In this document: positions 31,754 to 41,400 of the stretch, piece after piece
How the letters are laid out: every line of letters starts with the position of its first letter
Numbering within the stretch: position 1 is the stretch's first letter
Assembly: GCA_963825055.1 (NCBI GenBank)
Contig: CAWGSK010000013.1
Span: 96,001-160,000, forward strand
Direction: 5' to 3'
Origin: an uncultured Gemmatimonadales bacterium
Lineage (GTDB): Bacteria; Gemmatimonadota; Gemmatimonadetes; Gemmatimonadales; GWC2-71-9
Length of the DNA stretch: 64,000 nucleotides
Made by a program: the position numbers and the translations under genes
Notes under the pieces: model-generated
Told to the model about the DNA's origin: nothing
What the model saw: the letters and a program-made list of their open reading frames with translations, nothing else
Database searches by the model: none

Positions 31754-34700
31754 TCAAGATCCTTCGGGGATATCATGGCCGCCCTCGAGAAGCTCTCCGA
31801 CTCTAATAGTCACCGTTCCCACACGTGTATTAACTGCTGCGGTTATAGAATACAAGTTTCCTTGGTTAATCATCACCCCTGAGTACCTAAGAGCGCCCCG
31901 CGCTGTTCTGTAGGGATTACTAGGGTAGTGCCCTTGATTCGGATCAATCCGTAGTTGGAAGAACGTTGGGCCAATACTGACCGAATTATAATGCGGAACT
32001 AATCCAAAAATGGCCCTGCCCCTTATGATTGTCCTGTACACAACGTTCTCTGTCCATTCTTTATACTCATCTTCACCACGTGTAAGCCTGTTGTAATATG
32101 CCGATAGGATTATCCGTTCGCCCGGTGAGAAAATGTAAGGCTCTGGGTCCGAAGCATTCGCCTTCTCTTGTTCCTCCCGTTCTTGCCTACGTTCGGCTTT
32201 ATGTTCAGCCCAAGCATCTAGCGCGGCTTCATTGAGATCCGCCCATGTCGTGAGGGCGCCGCCTAGTCTTTCCCCCAACGACCCTTGTCCTGACCCTCCA
32301 ATGGTGCCGTCACGATTCATGCAGAACAAATTCCCGCAGTTTGCTGTCCACCCTGATTCATAGTCCATATTCATCCCAGAGGGATCCCTCGCATCCAACA
32401 CCTGTCCGCCCACGTAAGAGTAGACGTTGGCACCACCACCATACCCGATCGGATCCTCCTGCACAAACCGGAGCATGTCGGGGCTGTAGTACCGGGCCCG
32501 ATGGAAATACCAGCCCGTCTCCGCGTCGTATTCCCGCCCGGTCCACCGGTACCGGAGCCCCGGATCCGTCCCGGACTGGGTTTCCTGGTTTCCATATGGG
32601 TCGTAGCTGACGGCGTACTTCCAGGTCCCGTTCCGCTGAGTCAGAGTCCGGACGCTCCCCAGTTTGTCCTGGGCGGTGTAGTAGTGGTTCCCGGCGGCAT
32701 CCCGGAGCGCCAGCAGGTCATCGGTGCCCAGGCCCCAGGTGTAGCGCCACCCGATGGTCGAGCCCGCCGAGTCCGTCTCGAAGGCCACGTGGTCTCCGTG
32801 GTACACGTACCGCGTATACCCCACCGTCCCCCCCGTCGCGGAGCTGTAGACCCGCTTGGCGATGCGGCGGCCGAGGACGTCGTACCCGTATCGGACGATG
32901 AGGGTACCGTTCCGGCGCACACTCCGGAGCCGGTTCAGGGCGTCATAATCGTAGGTTCTGACCTCCACCACGGACGAGTCCTTCGTCAGATTCCCGTCGC
33001 GGTCGTAGGTGAACCAATGCGTGTAGCCACTTGTTTTCCGTTGCAGAAGCCGAGAGGTCACGGTGTGGTAGAATTCAGTCCCTCCTGGGGTTCTGATATT
33101 GCCATTCTTGTCGAAGGAGAAGGTGAGGCTGTCCACCGGGAAATGGCTGCTGTTCTGGTGTTGTACCCAGCTGATGACCCGGCGCCAGCCGTCATACACC
33201 GTGCTGTCCTGCAGGCTGTCCAGCCCGCTCGCATTGTTCCGGCCGGTCCACAGGTTACTCAGCGCCGGCCCCGGCATGGTATCGGGCCCGGTGGGGTCGG
33301 ACGCGCGCTCGTAGCGCCCGAGGGTGTAGCCGGAGATTGTGGTGTGGCGCTCGTCCAGCTCGCCGGTCAGCGCGTAGCTCAGATTGGTGTGCGCGGCCCC
33401 TGACGGCGAGGCAATGCGCACGACCGCCGGCCGGCCCCGGCCATCGAAGGCATAGGAGACCGTATCCGCCCACGGGGTGAGGAGCGAATCCGCCATGCCG
33501 CGGAGAGTCTCATACTTCGTCGTCCAGGTCCCGAGCGCGTCCGTTACGGTGGCCGGGCGCTCCCAGGTATCGTAGGTGTAGCTCGTAGGCCTTGCGATGC
33601 TGCCGCTCTTGGTCGTATCCGTCTTGAGCCGCCCACGCTGGTCGTAGGTCCAGGCTACCGCCCCAAGGACCTTGCCGATCGAGTCCACCTGACTCGCCCA
33701 CCAGATCCTGGTGACCTGATCCAGGGGACCGGTGTACTTCGTCTTCCGGTCGCCCACGGTGGGAATCGTTGTCAGAGTGTCCCGGTTCCGGGAATCGTAC
33801 CAGGTCTCGATGGTGTAGCCTCGGCGAGTGATGGACTTCTTGAGGTTTCCGGCCTTGTCGTAAACCATTGAATCCTTGACAGCCATGGAGTCGGTCCAGG
33901 GTCTACGGCTCAGGAGGCGGCTCAGCCGATCGTACACGTACATCGTCGCCGTTGTGTCGGTCGTGTGGATCGTGAGACGCAGGGAATCACGCCCCGCGCG
34001 GTCCTTGACGAAACCCACATGCTGCACACGAAGCGTGTCGGTAGTCAGCGGCCATGAAGGTGTGTTACACGGTGCCGTGCAGTCGTCCGTGCGCAGACTC
34101 ATGCTGGTGGTCACCTCGTTGGCCGTTGTATAGACCTGTCGGCCCCGGCGCCACTGATACTTGACGGCGGTGCCGGTGGACTTGACCGGAATCTTGCTGT
34201 CATTGGTGGTGTCACGGCCCATGATGTCATACAGGACCTGGCTGACCACTTGGCCGGACTCATCGATGGTCTGCCAGGGGTTTCCCCAGGTCGTCTCGTA
34301 GGTCATGTGGCGGGATTTCGACGACCCCGGAAGACGGACGGAGTCCACCTGGCCGTTCGACTTGTACCAGGTCAGCGTGACGTTGCCCTGCGCATCCTTT
34401 GCATAGATCAGGTTTCCGTTGGCGTCGTAGTCCAGGCTGTCGACCTTGTTCCGATTGTCGATCCGCTTCACGACCCGGTGGTTGCCGTCATAGACCAGGC
34501 TGTCGCCGCGCAGGGTATCCCCCGCGGCCCGGATGATGTACGTCTTCACCACCCGCTTGAATGCATCGTAGGCAGCGTACGTTCGGCTGGAGTCCGCCGT
34601 CTTGCCCTGCGACCAGAGGAGAAAGCCGTCCGCGTCGTACTGGGCCTCGGAAAGTGTGCCGAGGGCATCCCAGCTCTTGAGCGCCTGGGCCCACCGGTTG

Positions 34701-36676
34701 ATGAGCGAGCGGGTCCAGTTGCTCTTCGGGTCCTCCATCTCCACGTACACACTGTCCAGCGACCGCAAGGAGCCCCATCCCTGCCGCTCATACGGCATAT
34801 AAGTCACCGTAGGGTTGAGCCAGGTGCCGGTCTCGTCCTGCACCCGTGGCGCCTTGGCCTGGATCGGCCGGCGCTTGAAGGTGGAGTCATAGACAATGGT
34901 CGTGGTGTCCGTGATCACCCCGATCCGGCGGGTCAGGACGACCGTGCCGGTGCCCGGGTAGGTCTGGTACGTGTACTTCGTGGTGAAGGGCCTGGCGGGC
35001 AGCGAGCTCAATGAATCGTAGGTGAGCTGGTAGGTGGTACCGTTGACCACGACCTTCGTCGCACGGGCGGCCCCGCTGGTCAGCGCGGTGATCGTGGAGA
35101 TCTTACCATTGCCGTCGTAGGCGAACGTAATCGTCTTGTCCTTCGGGTCCTTGAGGACGCTGACCGCGCCGCTGCCGGTATAGGTCACGGTGTCCCGGTT
35201 CCCATTGGCGTCCACCGTGGCAGCCAAGCGGCCTTGGGAGTCGTACTTGACCTTCGCCGTGGACCCACGCGGTCGGAGTTCCCAGCCGTTCGCCGTCTTG
35301 ACGAGGGTGGTAAAGCTGCCGGGGGGCGAGAGATAGAGGCTGTCGCCGTTGCCCCGGAAGATCGTCGCCGTTCCTCCAGACCCCACGAGGATTCTGTCGT
35401 TACCCGCCGCCACGAGCTGGCTGACTCCGCTGGGCCACCAGCCGGAGCCGTACGCCGTGGTCCGGCGGTCTACTAGGACAATCTCCACCGAATCCGCCGA
35501 GATCTTGGTGGTGGCACCCGAGGTCACCCGGGCCTCGACCGTGAGCCACTTCCCGGTGGGACTGCTGAACGTGCTCCCCGAAAAGTCGCCCTGGAGCGTG
35601 GCCCGGCACTTCTTGACCGCCCCGGTCGCACAGGTCGGCGAACTCAGGGTGACCGAATCGAGTCCGGTCACGCCATCCTTCAGAATGAGCTTGATCTGAC
35701 TTGGCGTCCCTGCCGGCCAGGGCAGCTCGAGGTCGACGTTGACCAGCGCGCGCGGGTAGGACGTCCGGGTGGAATAGACGAGGCCGGTGCCCCGGGCACT
35801 GCCCATCGAGAAATACGGAATCGTGCTGAAGCCGGTCGTGACCTCGGCGCCCACTACCCCCACCCCGGGCCCGAAGGACGACGCAAAGCCTCCGTTCACG
35901 GCCTCGAGCGGCATGCCGGTGAAGCCCAGCACGGGAGTCGAATCGTTGACGAGGACCGCCCAGCGCGTGGTTGTCCCGCACGCGTTCTGGGTCGTACAGG
36001 ACCGGAGGCTCAGCAGGCCGGAGTCGCCGACGGCGAGACGATGGATCGAGTCCAGCTCCCACTCGACCACGCCGCGATTCTGCCGGGCGAGCGACGTCAC
36101 CGTATCGCCCTTCCAGGTGAGTACGGTCTTGGTGCTATCGATCGTCGCCCCTGACACCGGTACGATTGTCGCCAGAAAGAGAGGCTGCCGGGTGTGGACG
36201 ACAGCTCGACTGCCGGAGGTCACCACGGGGGAGAGGATGGAGATCGTCGGTGGCGGCAGGAGCGAGACCGAATAGTACCCGGTATCCGTGGCCGCCCCGG
36301 ACGCGATCAGGGACAGTGATCCGGCAAACACGCCGGCACTGAAGGTTACCTCCACGTCGGTGCCGCTTCCGCCTGCCAGATAGACCGAGCTCTGATCCAC
36401 TGAGCATGTCGAGAACTTGAGCGCCTTGCAGGTCAGGGTGAACGTCGTGGCCGCCGTGCCCGTGTTGTTGACCACGAATTCCGCCACGTTTCCGCTCGAG
36501 TTCTGGGCCACGGACATCCCGGTTCCGTCCGGTGTCACGGAGACACCCCAGCACGCCGGGCAGAGCGGGCCAGACCCCCCGCCGGGCAGTCCCGGGTTCT
36601 GGGCGGCGAGGGGAGCGGCGAGCAGGACCAGCAGAAGAACCGGAAGCAGGCGGACGAGGGCACGGCGGGACGCCAT
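31754..36676 (-). CDS. RHS/YD-repeat protein 1 (1640 aa) with Sec signal peptide and unique C-terminal domain
   Basis: Signal MASRRALVRLLPVLLLVLLAAPLAAQ. Many YD repeats. RHS core RWTGREYDAETGWYFHRARYY..RFVQEDPIG..DPSGM. Confidence 0.95.
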   Translation of the reverse strand: MASRRALVRLLPVLLLVLLAAPLAAQNPGLPGGGSGPLCPACWGVSVTPDGTGMSVAQNSSGNVAEFVVNNTGTAATTFTLTCKALKFSTCSVDQSSVYLAGGSGTDVEVTFSAGVFAGSLSLIASGAATDTGYYSVSLLPPPTISILSPVVTSGSRAVVHTRQPLFLATIVPVSGATIDSTKTVLTWKGDTVTSLARQNRGVVEWELDSIHRLAVGDSGLLSLRSCTTQNACGTTTRWAVLVNDSTPVLGFTGMPLEAVNGGFASSFGPGVGVVGAEVTTGFSTIPYFSMGSARGTGLVYSTRTSYPRALVNVDLELPWPAGTPSQIKLILKDGVTGLDSVTLSSPTCATGAVKKCRATLQGDFSGSTFSSPTGKWLTVEARVTSGATTKISADSVEIVLVDRRTTAYGSGWWPSGVSQLVAAGNDRILVGSGGTATIFRGNGDSLYLSPPGSFTTLVKTANGWELRPRGSTAKVKYDSQGRLAATVDANGNRDTVTYTGSGAVSVLKDPKDKTITFAYDGNGKISTITALTSGAARATKVVVNGTTYQLTYDSLSSLPARPFTTKYTYQTYPGTGTVVLTRRIGVITDTTTIVYDSTFKRRPIQAKAPRVQDETGTWLNPTVTYMPYERQGWGSLRSLDSVYVEMEDPKSNWTRSLINRWAQALKSWDALGTLSEAQYDADGFLLWSQGKTADSSRTYAAYDAFKRVVKTYIIRAAGDTLRGDSLVYDGNHRVVKRIDNRNKVDSLDYDANGNLIYAKDAQGNVTLTWYKSNGQVDSVRLPGSSKSRHMTYETTWGNPWQTIDESGQVVSQVLYDIMGRDTTNDSKIPVKSTGTAVKYQWRRGRQVYTTANEVTTSMSLRTDDCTAPCNTPSWPLTTDTLRVQHVGFVKDRAGRDSLRLTIHTTDTTATMYVYDRLSRLLSRRPWTDSMAVKDSMVYDKAGNLKKSITRRGYTIETWYDSRNRDTLTTIPTVGDRKTKYTGPLDQVTRIWWASQVDSIGKVLGAVAWTYDQRGRLKTDTTKSGSIARPTSYTYDTWERPATVTDALGTWTTKYETLRGMADSLLTPWADTVSYAFDGRGRPAVVRIASPSGAAHTNLSYALTGELDERHTTISGYTLGRYERASDPTGPDTMPGPALSNLWTGRNNASGLDSLQDSTVYDGWRRVISWVQHQNSSHFPVDSLTFSFDKNGNIRTPGGTEFYHTVTSRLLQRKTSGYTHWFTYDRDGNLTKDSSVVEVRTYDYDALNRLRSVRRNGTLIVRYGYDVLGRRIAKRVYSSATGGTVGYTRYVYHGDHVAFETDSAGSTIGWRYTWGLGTDDLLALRDAAGNHYYTAQDKLGSVRTLTQRNGTWKYAVSYDPYGNQETQSGTDPGLRYRWTGREYDAETGWYFHRARYYSPDMLRFVQEDPIGYGGGANVYSYVGGQVLDARDPSGMNMDYESGWTANCGNLFCMNRDGTIGGSGQGSLGERLGGALTTWADLNEAALDAWAEHKAERRQEREEQEKANASDPEPYIFSPGERIILSAYYNRLTRGEDEYKEWTENVVYRTIIRGRAIFGLVPHYNSVSIGPTFFQLRIDPNQGHYPSNPYRTARGALRYSGVMINQGNLYSITAAVNTRVGTVTIRVGELLEGGHDIPEGS

Positions 36677-36710
36677 GAGAGGACTCCGGCAGAAGGATGC
36701 CCTCTCCCCA

Positions 36711-36728
36711 TGGCATATGCCGTACCAG
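36711..36728 (-). promoter_or_regulatory. sigma54 -24/-12 promoter of RHS1
   Basis: Minus strand CTGG-TACGGCATAT-GCC (GG-N10-GC), about 37 bp upstream of the ATG. Confidence 0.7.
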
Positions 36729-36788
36729 GTGGGCTTGGAGGCTCAGGCGTTGACTCGCAAGGACTTACGAGGGCGGGATGCTACCTGC

Positions 36789-36839
36789 GTCTCACTGAGG
36801 CGTGAGACAGTCTCACGGAGTCTCAGGGTTCAGTGAGAC
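36789..36839. promoter_or_regulatory. Putative upstream activator sequences: two GTCTCA-N8-TGAGAC palindromes
   Basis: 36789-36808 and 36820-36839, with an extra GTCTCA half-site at 36810-36815. Confidence 0.7.
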
Positions 36840-36841
36840 TG

Positions 36842-36977
36842 GGCGGGCAGGCGGGCAGGCGGACAGGCGGGCAGGCGGGCAGGCGGACAGGCGGGCAGGC
36901 GGACAGGCGGACAGGCGGACAGGCGGACAGGCGGACAGGCGGACAGGCGGACAGGCGGACAGGCGGACAGGCGGACT
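36842..36977 (+). repeat. Tandem octamer (GGCGGRCA)x17
   Basis: Read directly. Same unit as 28997-29092. Confidence 0.95.
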
Positions 36978-37145
36978 CGAAGCTAATGAACAATTGCCAA
37001 GTCAGGATTGTGCGGTCTTAGGCCATATATCGGCCGGATTCGTGCCTGTAGGGGAACACGGGACGTGAGCAACGCGCCCCGACCTCGCTTCGGTTAATAA
37101 ACTCCGGGACGCCGATGACGCCGCCCGCGGTATTCACACGGCCTG

Positions 37146-37353
37146 ATGTCCGACCAGCCGAAGGATCCTGTCCGGATCACCGTCAAGCCGCTCGGCACGA
37201 TCGTCGTGCACGGCGAGGTCCGGGTGGAGGATCGGGAAGGGAACGAGATCCCGTTGCCGGTCGCGAAGAATCCGGGGATGGTGAAGTTCTGTGGGTGCGG
37301 GCGGAGCAGGGAGAAGCCGTTTCTGCGACGGGAGCCACAAGTGCAGCGAGTAG
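37146..37353 (+). CDS. CDGSH iron-sulfur domain protein (1-nt frameshift at ~37320)
   Basis: FCGCGRSREKP then, removing one T, FCDGSHKCSE-stop. Confidence 0.88.
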
Positions 37354-37863
37354 CGAATAGCGAGTAGTGCGTCGTACGAGCGGCCGGACGGCCGCCCGAG
37401 AGGTGGCACGGGATCGACGGCTGTCTACCCGATGCTGCGCCTGCCATTTGACGGCGCTCTGGCGGCCCGCAGGCCGCCCGTGAGATGGCCAGGGATCGAG
37501 GGCAACCCCTCCCAATGGGGCATGAGCCAATCGACCGCCTACATGGCGGCCGGACAGTGGCACGTGGGGGTTACCCGGGATTGTTCATTGCTTCAAACGC
37601 AAGGGCTTGCCACACCGAGCCGTCCTCTCGCCGGCGTGCTCCTGCCGGGTGGCGACGATAGGTCGACGTCGCGCTCGCGCTCCGCCTCACGGGTCCTCGG
37701 GCCGGCAGAGACCCTCCGATCCTTCCCTGGCTCAATCGCGGGGGCAAGTCAAAACAAGTGGATTACTTCATCTTTGGTGACTCTCGTGGGCGGAACACCT
37801 GCCGCTAAGGCAATCTCAGGTTCGGCCTGACCCGATATCCTATAAATTCGAACTGGAAAAGGA

Positions 37864-38427
37864 CTACAGTGACAGAAACTTGCGGAGCCAGATCAGCCAG
37901 GCCGGCACACCTAGGATACGCAATTGTCCTAACTCGCGCTCGCGCTTCGGGACGTCTTCCCACCACTCGGTTTCCAACGCGTGTCTTGCTTCGTCTGCGA
38001 GTAATGTAGCGTCAGGCAGTTGTGTAGCAAAGTCGATCTCGGCCCTTACGCAGATTTGTTCAATCCGTCTACGGTTGCGCGGAAGATACCGGATCCCGGC
38101 TCTATAGACTCGAGCATGGGTCGCCTCGTGAACGAGCGTCATGGCCAGACTAGCCAGTGGTGCGGTCAAGATGTGTCTCGCGCTTAGCACACAAGCATCA
38201 AGGAAATGCCAGTAGGATCCTGCACTGCCACCACTAGGCCCGATGATGATTCGATGAAATGCCTTTCGCATCCTGTTGATGCGCCCAGGCTCAGCATCTT
38301 CGATAAAGTCAAGCAGTTCCTCAATTCGTTCGAAAAGCGTTTCCTCCTGCTTGATTTCCGAGAAATTCGCAACATCGAACCTTCCAACTACGCGGACCAC
38401 CGACAGGCGAAATGCCGCTTGTAGCAT
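37864..38427 (-). CDS. HExxH-motif protein, candidate immunity/accessory protein for RHS2
   Basis: Directly downstream of RHS2, low GC. TLVHEATH motif followed by a later E (IEQIC). Start uncertain (38427-38490). Confidence 0.65.
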   Translation of the reverse strand: MLQAAFRLSVVRVVGRFDVANFSEIKQEETLFERIEELLDFIEDAEPGRINRMRKAFHRIIIGPSGGSAGSYWHFLDACVLSARHILTAPLASLAMTLVHEATHARVYRAGIRYLPRNRRRIEQICVRAEIDFATQLPDATLLADEARHALETEWWEDVPKRERELGQLRILGVPAWLIWLRKFLSL

Positions 38428-38488
38428 GAGGGCCTGAATGGTGGATCGAATGGCCCCGGGGTTCAGAGTCAATCGCAATGGCCTGGTC

Positions 38489-41400
38489 TCAGTCCTTCTT
38501 TTGATCTTCATCTGGCTTCGTTTCATCAGGTTTGGGCGGTTTGGCGGGCTCCTCAAACTCAGGTGGATTATCGGAGCCTTTAACGCGATCGGGAACACCT
38601 CCCCCAATCCACCCAGCACCCGCGATAAGAATCCGCCTCAGCCAGTCTCCAGCACTCGCCATCTCAGCAACAAGGCCGTCAGCAACGCGTGTCACACTGC
38701 TAATGTCTCTCGCCGCTCCCACCATTCCACCAACGACCACTCCCGCCGTGCCCCCTACGAGAGCGCCACCACCACCCCCTGCCACGGTTCCCACACCCGG
38801 CACGACGAATGTGCCTCCCGTGGCGCCTATAACAGCTCCACCCAATCCACCTGCGAGTAGGCCCGCTCCAGCCATTGTAAACGTACACGGTATACCATCC
38901 TTCTCAATCGGGCACAGTCCAAAGGGGTCCGTGTTCCTCACCGGGTCGTTACCATTAAACTGGAACAGATTCAGCCCACCTCCGACTCCGATTGGATCCT
39001 CCTGCGTCCATCTGCCCGTCCGGGCATCATAGGCCCGATTCCGGAACAGAGACACGTCCGGAATGTCAACATTGCTGAACCGGTCCGGATCAAAGCTGCT
39101 GGCACCCTTCGTGGCCCCCGCGAAGCGCCACTGAGAAGGCAGAGTACTTCCACCTTCCTCGTCCGCGTTCAGACTGCCGTCACCGTGGCCAGCCGAGAGT
39201 TGACGACCCTGTCCATCCGTCACGACGTACACGGGCTGACCCTGGACGACGTCGCCGGTGCCCCGCAGCACCGCCAGCATCGGGTCATCCAGGCCGGGGC
39301 CGTGGAAGAACCGCCACCGGTTGTTCCCTCCGTAATAGCCAGCCGTCGGATTCGCCCCGTCGAACGTCAGGAACAGTCCTGTCTCGTCACAGGGCAGAAA
39401 CATCTGACCATCAGCGTCGTACCGGCAACCGTCCTCGTTGTCCGTCAGCACGACGCCGCCGTTGTACGACTGGCCTTTCATCATGCCCGTCATGCGCCCG
39501 AGGGCGTCGTAGTAGTACGCTCTCACCAGAGGGATATTCTGCGCAATGAGGGGGCTCGGCAACTCGAATCGACGCGCGCCGGATCCCGTATAGGTATGCG
39601 TAATCGTCGGGCCGGACCAGAGCGAGTCATGATCGCTGGTCAGGCGGTTGGTACCGCTGCCCATGACGAAGACGGTCCAGAGGGTGTGGTTAGCATCCAG
39701 CTTGAAGGCCAGGTTGCCGGCGTCGTCGTAGCGCATCGAATCGACCTGACCGCCCTGCAGCTGCTGGCTGGTCAACATGCCCAGCTGATTGTACCGGTTG
39801 ACCTCGGAGCCGTGACTGCCGGCACACGGGGTATTGCTGTAGGTCGTGGTGCCGGGGCACACGGCTGACGATTGCTGGATGCGGCCAATGAGATCGACCT
39901 TCTCCCGCTCCCAGGTAAACCGGTGTCGATTATCTGTGGCGGAGCTGGTGTTGGTCGCCTGCGCCCACCGCAGCTCGCCTGCTCTCCCATACCGCAATTC
40001 CACGGCCAGGTTGCTTTCGGGATAGCCGACCCGCTTGCGCCTTCCCAGCGTGTCCCAGTCGAAGGCGAACGTTTTCTGGACGTTTCCCGTTCCCGACTTG
40101 TACCAGACGGCCATTGTCGCCAGATCGCCGGCGGCGTCGTAGCCGTAGACCATGGTATCCTTCCCCGCGTAGACCACCTTGCTGATGGCGCCGGTTTCGT
40201 TGTAGGAGTAGGCGATGGAGTCGGAAAACACGGTGTCCTGGAGGATGGTCACCTTCTTGCGTAGTGAGCCGTCCGCATAGTAGCCGCGCCGGATAAGGCT
40301 GTTCCTGTTCCTGGTTTCGATCAGATTGCCGAAACCATCGTAGGTGTACTGAATCGTATCCGCCGGTGAGGTGTAACTACCGAAAGCATCTGAATTCACT
40401 CTGGGCGGGAGAATCGTCTTAGTACGCCGGCCCATCAGGTCGTAGGTGTGGCTCACCGTCAGCGAGTCGCGACTGGCCATCGAGGTCACGAGGCCTGCCT
40501 GGTCCAGGGTAGCCGTCTGGGCACGATTGAATTCGTCCTTCTCGGTGATCGTCAGCCCCCGTGCATCCCGGACGTAGCGGCGCTTGACCCCTCTGGGATC
40601 AGACAGGGAGTCCAGCCCGGTCGCGCCCTGGTAATAATAGGTCTTCAAGGCGTAGTCGCCGTACTTGTGAGGGGTATAGGGGCTGGTCAGATCGGTGCAT
40701 TGGTTATAGCTCGACTGGCAACCGATCATCCGGTTGGATGAATGCGGGTAGCCACTGGGCCAGCTCAGGAAAGCAATGGTGTATCGTCGATGCAGAGTGA
40801 CTCGATTCAGGGCGTCATAGTCCCACTCTTCGCGGTTGGCAAGCGGGTCGTACGCAGCGGTGACCCTGCCGTACAAATCCCGGACATAGGTATTGATCCC
40901 TCCCTGCGGGAGACTGTCGACCTTCAGGTTGCCCATGGCGTCGTAGTAGAAGCGGTGGGCAAGATCCTGATTTACGGTTGTGTTTGTGCTCGCCTTCCAG
41001 GTGGGGACCGCCGAGTTCCGTTACGGTCTTCAACTGGCCCTTGGGGTTCCATGTGGTTTCGCTGTAGACGTAGTCTGTTCGGTAGGCGCGTCCATCGATG
41101 GAGTGATCGAGCAGGCCCATGTTGTTGTACACGTATGTAGTTGCGTTGTAAGAGGCGTCCTGGACCGAAATCGGCAAGAAGACCAGCCCTCGGTGATACT
41201 CGTTCCTGAGTTGCTGTAGGTGTACTGCCTGAGCCGGCTGGGCGACTGAGGCTGTCGTCCAAGCCCGGGCTGAGCACTTGAGTTAACCGGAGCCGGCCAT
41301 AGTCGTCGTACTCCGCCAAATCCACGAGGCCCGTGGCCGTGTGACCATGGTGACCAGGGCAGGGACCGATACTGGCCGCGTTCCACGATAGTCACATTGT

